From contig CAVYTA010000007.1 in the NCBI GenBank assembly GCA_963771355.1, forward strand, positions 672,001-736,000: a stretch of 64,000 nt of DNA, written 5' to 3'. Position numbers and translations under genes: made by a program. The notes under the pieces were generated by a model. It was not told the DNA's origin. It searched no databases and saw nothing but the letters and a program-made list of their open reading frames with translations. The stretch comes from an uncultured Candidatus Rokubacteria bacterium (GTDB lineage Bacteria; Methylomirabilota; Methylomirabilia; Rokubacteriales; CSP1-6). Positions 59,785 through 64,000 of the stretch are shown in pieces (the stretch's first letter is position 1; each line of letters starts with the position of its first letter).

Positions 59785-60006
59785 ATGGGCCGGCCGGGCA
59801 TCCGGGATCTGATCGGGCGAGCGATGATCGAGAAGGAGTTCCTCTCCGAGCTCATCCGCGATCCGGAAACGGTGCTTGCCGGCTTCGACCTCGACCCCGA
59901 GGAGCGGAGCACCCTCATGCAGGCAGTGGCCCGGACCGGGAACGGCAGCACGGCCGAGCGCGCCCGCGCGTTCCAGTCCATCTTGATGAAGCGCTGGGCC
60001 ACCTGA
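59785..60006 (+). CDS. Small NHLP-clan (Os1348/Franean1_4349-like) protein, 73 aa
   Basis: LIGRAMIEKEFLSELIRDPETVLAGFDLDPEE resembles the nitrile-hydratase-like leader pattern RA..D..FR..L..DP..L.GY.L..EE. Confidence 0.6.
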   Translation: MGRPGIRDLIGRAMIEKEFLSELIRDPETVLAGFDLDPEERSTLMQAVARTGNGSTAERARAFQSILMKRWAT

Positions 60007-60048
60007 GCGCACCCCGCCCCGCGCCGTCCATTTCCGGGACCCCCTCCA

Positions 60049-60561
60049 GTGGCGAAGTCGGCCGACCTCAATTTCCTGCGTCAGGTCATCCTGTTCCGGG
60101 ACATCGCCGACAGCGAGCGCGACGCCATCTGGTCACGCCTCGAGGAGCGGCGTCTCCGCCGCGGCGAGGCGCTGTTCCGCGAAGGTGACTCCGGTACCGA
60201 GCTCTTCTTCATCCGGAGCGGCACGGTGATCGTCTCCAAGCACGTGGCGGGCCGGGTCGAGCAGGTGCTGGCGCGGCTGGGGCCGGGCGACTTCTTCGGC
60301 GAGATGAGCCTCTTCGACGGCCAGCCGCGCTCCGCCACCATCCAGGCGGAGGCGGACACCGTGCTCTTCTGGCTGGACCGCGCCAATCTCGACCAGCTCA
60401 TCGAGCAGAACCCGCGCGCCGCCACCGCCTTCTTCACCCAGCTCGTGCTGGTCTTCATCAAGCGCCTGCGCGACTCCTCGGACCTGGTGGCCGAGGTCAC
60501 CCGCTGGGGACTCGAGGCCACCGGGCTCAACGTCGATCGTCCGGCCACGGGCGGCCATTGA
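60049..60561 (+). CDS. Stand-alone cyclic nucleotide-binding domain protein
   Basis: LFREGD and FFGEMSLFDGQPRSATI phosphate-binding cassette; no HTH. Confidence 0.88.
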   Translation: MAKSADLNFLRQVILFRDIADSERDAIWSRLEERRLRRGEALFREGDSGTELFFIRSGTVIVSKHVAGRVEQVLARLGPGDFFGEMSLFDGQPRSATIQAEADTVLFWLDRANLDQLIEQNPRAATAFFTQLVLVFIKRLRDSSDLVAEVTRWGLEATGLNVDRPATGGH

Positions 60562-61793
60562 GCAACACGGAGGCCAAGAGCCCCCCGCGGGCCAAGATCG
60601 AGCTGCTCGTCCGCTCCGAGTCGGGCGATGACTTCCACGTCACCAAGGTCGAGTCGAGCCTCGCCTATCGCCAGGCGCGGCCCCAGCGCATCCCCGAGAG
60701 CCAGTACGAGGTGGCGGCCCTGCGCTCGAACGTGCGCCAGACCACCACCTACGTGGTGAAGCACCGCGTCACCGAGAAGTACATCGAGCTCTCCGAGGCC
60801 GAAAGCTTCCTCTGGAACCAGATGAACGGGCACACCTCGGTGGAGGAGCTGGGGGTCGCCTACGTGCTGAAGTTCGGCGCCTTCGACTTCGACATCATCC
60901 ACGCCCTCATCGACAAGCTCCAGCGCGCCGAGCTCCTCACCATGCGGCCGATCTCCCGCCTGCGCGAGATGCTCGCGCGAAACCGGAAGAATCCCGCCGC
61001 CCGCGCCGCCGAGGCCACGCTGAAGGCGCTCGAGAAGCTCACCGTGGGCAGCCGGAGCGCCCACGACGCCTTCACGCGGGTCTACCGCTACGGCGCCTTC
61101 GTCCTCTTCACGCCGGCGGCGCTGGCGCTGCTGGCCCTGGTGACCATGCTCGGCGTCGTGGGCACGCGGGAGATCTGGCGGGACAGCGGCGATCTCTACG
61201 CGGGCTTCGGCGAGCATCCGGTGATCGCCCTGCTGCTGGTGAAGCTCTTCTTCTTCCTCACCCTGATCAGCCACCAGATGCTCCATGCGCTGGCCCTGGT
61301 GCACTACGGACGCCGGGTGAAGGAGTTCGGCTTCACGATGCTCCACGGCTTCCTGCCCACCTTCTACGCCGACGTCACCGACGTCTTCATGGGCAGCCGA
61401 CGCGCGCGCATGGTGGCGGGCATCTCGGGGCCGCTGGTTCATCTCTTCCTCGGTAGCCTCTACATCTACCTGGCCAGTCAGTCCGGCCCCGGCCTGCTCA
61501 AGTCGTTCCTGGTGGCCTCGGCCATTCTCCAGTCCCAGTCGCTCTTCTTCAGCCTCTATCCGTTCTGCTTTCTCGAGATGGACGGTTACCACGTCCTCGT
61601 GGACTGGCTGGGACTGCCGCGACTGAAGAGCGAGTCCATCGCCTTCGTGAAAGACGGGCTCTGGAAGCGCCTGAAGGCCGGCGGCCGCCTGAACCGCGAA
61701 GAGGTGGTGTTCGTGGGCTACGTAGTGCTGTCCACCGTCTCCATCGCCGCCTTCGTCGGCCTCAACGTCTGGTTCTTCGTCCACACCGCCTGA
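60558..61793 (+). CDS. PqqD/RRE-like domain fused to M50 peptidase-like membrane domain (HQxxH variant)
   Basis: YIELSEAESFLWNQMNGHTSVEEL winged-helix-like segment; SHQMLH, FYADVTD, ISGP and EMDGY motifs. Confidence 0.65.
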   Translation: MSNTEAKSPPRAKIELLVRSESGDDFHVTKVESSLAYRQARPQRIPESQYEVAALRSNVRQTTTYVVKHRVTEKYIELSEAESFLWNQMNGHTSVEELGVAYVLKFGAFDFDIIHALIDKLQRAELLTMRPISRLREMLARNRKNPAARAAEATLKALEKLTVGSRSAHDAFTRVYRYGAFVLFTPAALALLALVTMLGVVGTREIWRDSGDLYAGFGEHPVIALLLVKLFFFLTLISHQMLHALALVHYGRRVKEFGFTMLHGFLPTFYADVTDVFMGSRRARMVAGISGPLVHLFLGSLYIYLASQSGPGLLKSFLVASAILQSQSLFFSLYPFCFLEMDGYHVLVDWLGLPRLKSESIAFVKDGLWKRLKAGGRLNREEVVFVGYVVLSTVSIAAFVGLNVWFFVHTA

Positions 61794-61809
61794 GCGCGGG
61801 CGGGACCTG

Positions 61810-62490
61810 ATGAGCCGCTTGCCCGCGCTGGCCGTCATGGCGCGCGCGCCGGGGTCGGAGAGGGTGAAGTCGCGGCTTCACTCAGCGCTCGGCGTCGGAC
61901 CCACCACCCTGCTCTACCGGTGTTTCTTGCTCGACGGCCTGGAAGCGGCCGCCGCGCTGCCCGGTGTGGCGCCCGTGCTGGCTTTCAGCCCCGCGCACGC
62001 TGCGCGCGCGATGGCGGCGCTGGCGCCGCCGGGCATGGGTCTCGTCCCGCAGCAGGGCGCGGATCTGGGGGCGCGCATGGCCCATCTCGCCGCGGCGCTC
62101 CTCGCCGCCGGGCATCGCGCGGCGCTCCTGATCGGGAGCGACCTGCCTACCCTGCCCGCCGCGCATCTGATCGAGGCGTCCCGCGCGCTGGCGGAGGGCG
62201 CGGCCGATGTGGTGCTGGGACCGGCGGAGGACGGCGGCTACTATCTCATCGGGCTCGCGCGGCCGGCGCCCGCCCTGTTCGAAGGCATCGCGTGGAGCAC
62301 GGGGGGCGTACTGGCGGCGACGCGCGCCCGCGCTCGCGGGCTCGGACTCCGGGAGCATCTCCTGGCGCCCTGGTACGACGTGGACACGCCCGCCGACCTC
62401 GACCGGCTGCGCCGCGATCTGACCCTGCCGGGCGTGGGCGCGCGGCGCACGCGCCGCTGGCTGGCCGCCTTCGCGCCGGGGCGCGGCTAA
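61810..62490 (+). CDS. DUF2064/TIGR04282-type glycosyltransferase-like protein
   Basis: VKSRL, QQGADLGARM, IGSDLP, LGPAEDGGYYLIG and DVDTPAD motifs. Confidence 0.88.
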   Translation: MSRLPALAVMARAPGSERVKSRLHSALGVGPTTLLYRCFLLDGLEAAAALPGVAPVLAFSPAHAARAMAALAPPGMGLVPQQGADLGARMAHLAAALLAAGHRAALLIGSDLPTLPAAHLIEASRALAEGAADVVLGPAEDGGYYLIGLARPAPALFEGIAWSTGGVLAATRARARGLGLREHLLAPWYDVDTPADLDRLRRDLTLPGVGARRTRRWLAAFAPGRG

Positions 62491-63830
62491 CCGCTGCCGC
62501 CGGCGAGCAGGGTGAGGAGTCGGCCCACCGCGTCGCCCAACGGGCGTGGGGCTGAGCTCTGCGCCGCGTCCCACGCGCGACGCTGCGCGTCGGGTGGCAG
62601 GGCCTCCAGCCGCGCCTGGGCCCGGCGCCGTACCTCGGGACCGAGCAGCCGGGCCACTTCCAGGGCAAGAACCCCCGCTCGACCGCCGCGGTCCGGGCCG
62701 GGCGGGGCCTCGCCGATCCACTCGAGTCCCGCGTCGAGCAGACGCCGGCTCACGCGGATGCGTGTGTCGTGCAGGCGGAGCAGGTCGCCTGGCACCGCGC
62801 CCCATTCGAGCGCGAGCGCGGCCACTGTTTCGGCGATGCTCGCCTCCAGCGCCGGGGCGCTCTCGCGGGCGATGAGGGCGGCGAGGGCGGTGGCCCAGAG
62901 CGGCTTGAACGGCGCGGGCGCGCGCGGATCCTCGCGCGGCGCGGGCGCCTCCAGCACCTCGCCGGTGGGGGAGAGGACGAGCCGGTCCTCGAGGGGGCGG
63001 CCGAGGGCCCACAGCGAGCAGATGCGCCGATCACCCACGGCGCGGATGACGCGCGGCTCGCGTCGCGTGACCGCCTGCCAGTCCGTTCGATAGAACGCCA
63101 GGCCATGCGCCACCACCTTGTCCAGGTCCTCGCGCATCTGCGCGCAGACGCCCTCGGCCACCCAGTGCCGCTCGTGCGGCGCGGGGAGCCAGTCGAGGTC
63201 GCCGCCGTCGAGGAAGCGGTCGAGCGGCGCGGTCGCGGTGGGATCGTGGCGAAAGCACTCCAGGAGGGCGGTGAAGAGGGCCTCGCTGGGATAGGGACCG
63301 CGATAGCGCACCCGCGCCAGGCCCTGGTCCTTCATGAGGCCGGCGAGGAGATCGAGCACCGTGGTGCCCGCGTGCGCAGGGAGGCGCGCCGGCTCCGCGA
63401 GCGGCGGGATGTGCTCGAGCCGCTCCCAGTCCACCGCCTCGAAGACGGTGATGGCCTCGCGCGGCTCCCAGGGCGCATCGGGGGCGAGGCGCCAGACCGC
63501 GTCGGAGCGCCCCCATGCGCGCGGCGCGCCCGCGCCCGGCTCCACGCCGATCCAGTCGCCGGCGGCGCTGAGGCACTTCGCCCAGGCGAGCCCCCCGTCC
63601 TCGCGCCACCGACAGGCGGCGATCAGGTGGCCGCGGCGATCGAGCTCCACCAGGCGGCGGCGCGGCCCGTCGGCGGCGTAACCCACGAGAGCGCCGCGCC
63701 GCCCCGCGCTGAGCGGCGGATCGTCACGCTCGAGCGCGCGGCGGAGCGCGGTGAGGCCGGGGGGATCGTGGGCGAGGATCTCGGGACGGGCCAGCGCCTG
63801 CGCCATTCGTTCCACGTGCGCCCGGTCCAT
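62487..63830 (-). CDS. Hypothetical protein (447 aa)
   Basis: Long ORF with GAGG RBS; YRGPYPSEALFTALLECF segment; no recognised family. Confidence 0.65.
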   Translation of the reverse strand: MDRAHVERMAQALARPEILAHDPPGLTALRRALERDDPPLSAGRRGALVGYAADGPRRRLVELDRRGHLIAACRWREDGGLAWAKCLSAAGDWIGVEPGAGAPRAWGRSDAVWRLAPDAPWEPREAITVFEAVDWERLEHIPPLAEPARLPAHAGTTVLDLLAGLMKDQGLARVRYRGPYPSEALFTALLECFRHDPTATAPLDRFLDGGDLDWLPAPHERHWVAEGVCAQMREDLDKVVAHGLAFYRTDWQAVTRREPRVIRAVGDRRICSLWALGRPLEDRLVLSPTGEVLEAPAPREDPRAPAPFKPLWATALAALIARESAPALEASIAETVAALALEWGAVPGDLLRLHDTRIRVSRRLLDAGLEWIGEAPPGPDRGGRAGVLALEVARLLGPEVRRRAQARLEALPPDAQRRAWDAAQSSAPRPLGDAVGRLLTLLAGGSG

Positions 63831-63856
63831 GAAGCCTCCTCGCCCACGATGTTACA

Positions 63857-64000
63857 ATGCCAGTCGTGCGAGACGATCTCGGCTGGCTGTCTGCCCTCGA
63901 CCTCGCGCGCCTCATCCGCGGTAAGGAGGTCTCGCCCGTCGAGGTGATGACGGTGGTGCTGGCGCGGATCGACGCCTTGAATCCCGCGCTGAACGCCTAC
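63857..64000 (+). CDS. Amidase-signature family protein, N-terminus (runs off window)
   Basis: LSALDLARLIRGKEVSPVEV..LARIDALNPALNAY. Confidence 0.8.
   Translation, partial: MPVVRDDLGWLSALDLARLIRGKEVSPVEVMTVVLARIDALNPALNAY

Overview
High-GC bacterial chromosome segment. The expanded orphan ABC substrate-binding proteins, double-zinc-ribbon adenylate cyclases and multi-GAF kinases suggest Candidatus Rokubacteria (Methylomirabilota); this placement is an inference. Housekeeping blocks lie at 1-14.7 kb (proC-yggT-divIVA-DUF167-mtnA, aminotransferase-phosphatase-hisZ-purA, MFS genes), 22-27 kb and 48-64 kb. Two accessory tracts lie between them: about 15.0-21.4 kb around tRNA-Lys, and about 27.0-47.9 kb starting at tRNA-Glu. 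Main discovery: a 13-bp core from the tRNA-Glu 3' end (CCGGGGTCACCAC) occurs four times in direct orientation and delimits three small cargo units. Each unit keeps the 3' end of a large serine recombinase gene that reads through the core. Integration therefore swaps the recombinase C-terminus: element-encoded tails ending GVALAA, GVAVA or GVVRIA (ssrA-like) are replaced by a tail read from the antisense of the tRNA. A symmetric 50-bp attP can be rebuilt for the first unit. Other observations: five dispersed copies of a roughly 60-aa C4 zinc-finger/coiled-coil micro-ORF, translationally coupled to cargo genes in three copies; head-to-tail arrays of orphan substrate-binding genes with conserved junctions; and an NHLP-clan small protein / cNMP-binding / RRE-M50-like (HQxxH) operon. 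Many single-base frameshifts, some in core genes, suggest assembly indels, so pseudogene calls are tentative. All calls come from reading the sequence; no searches were run.
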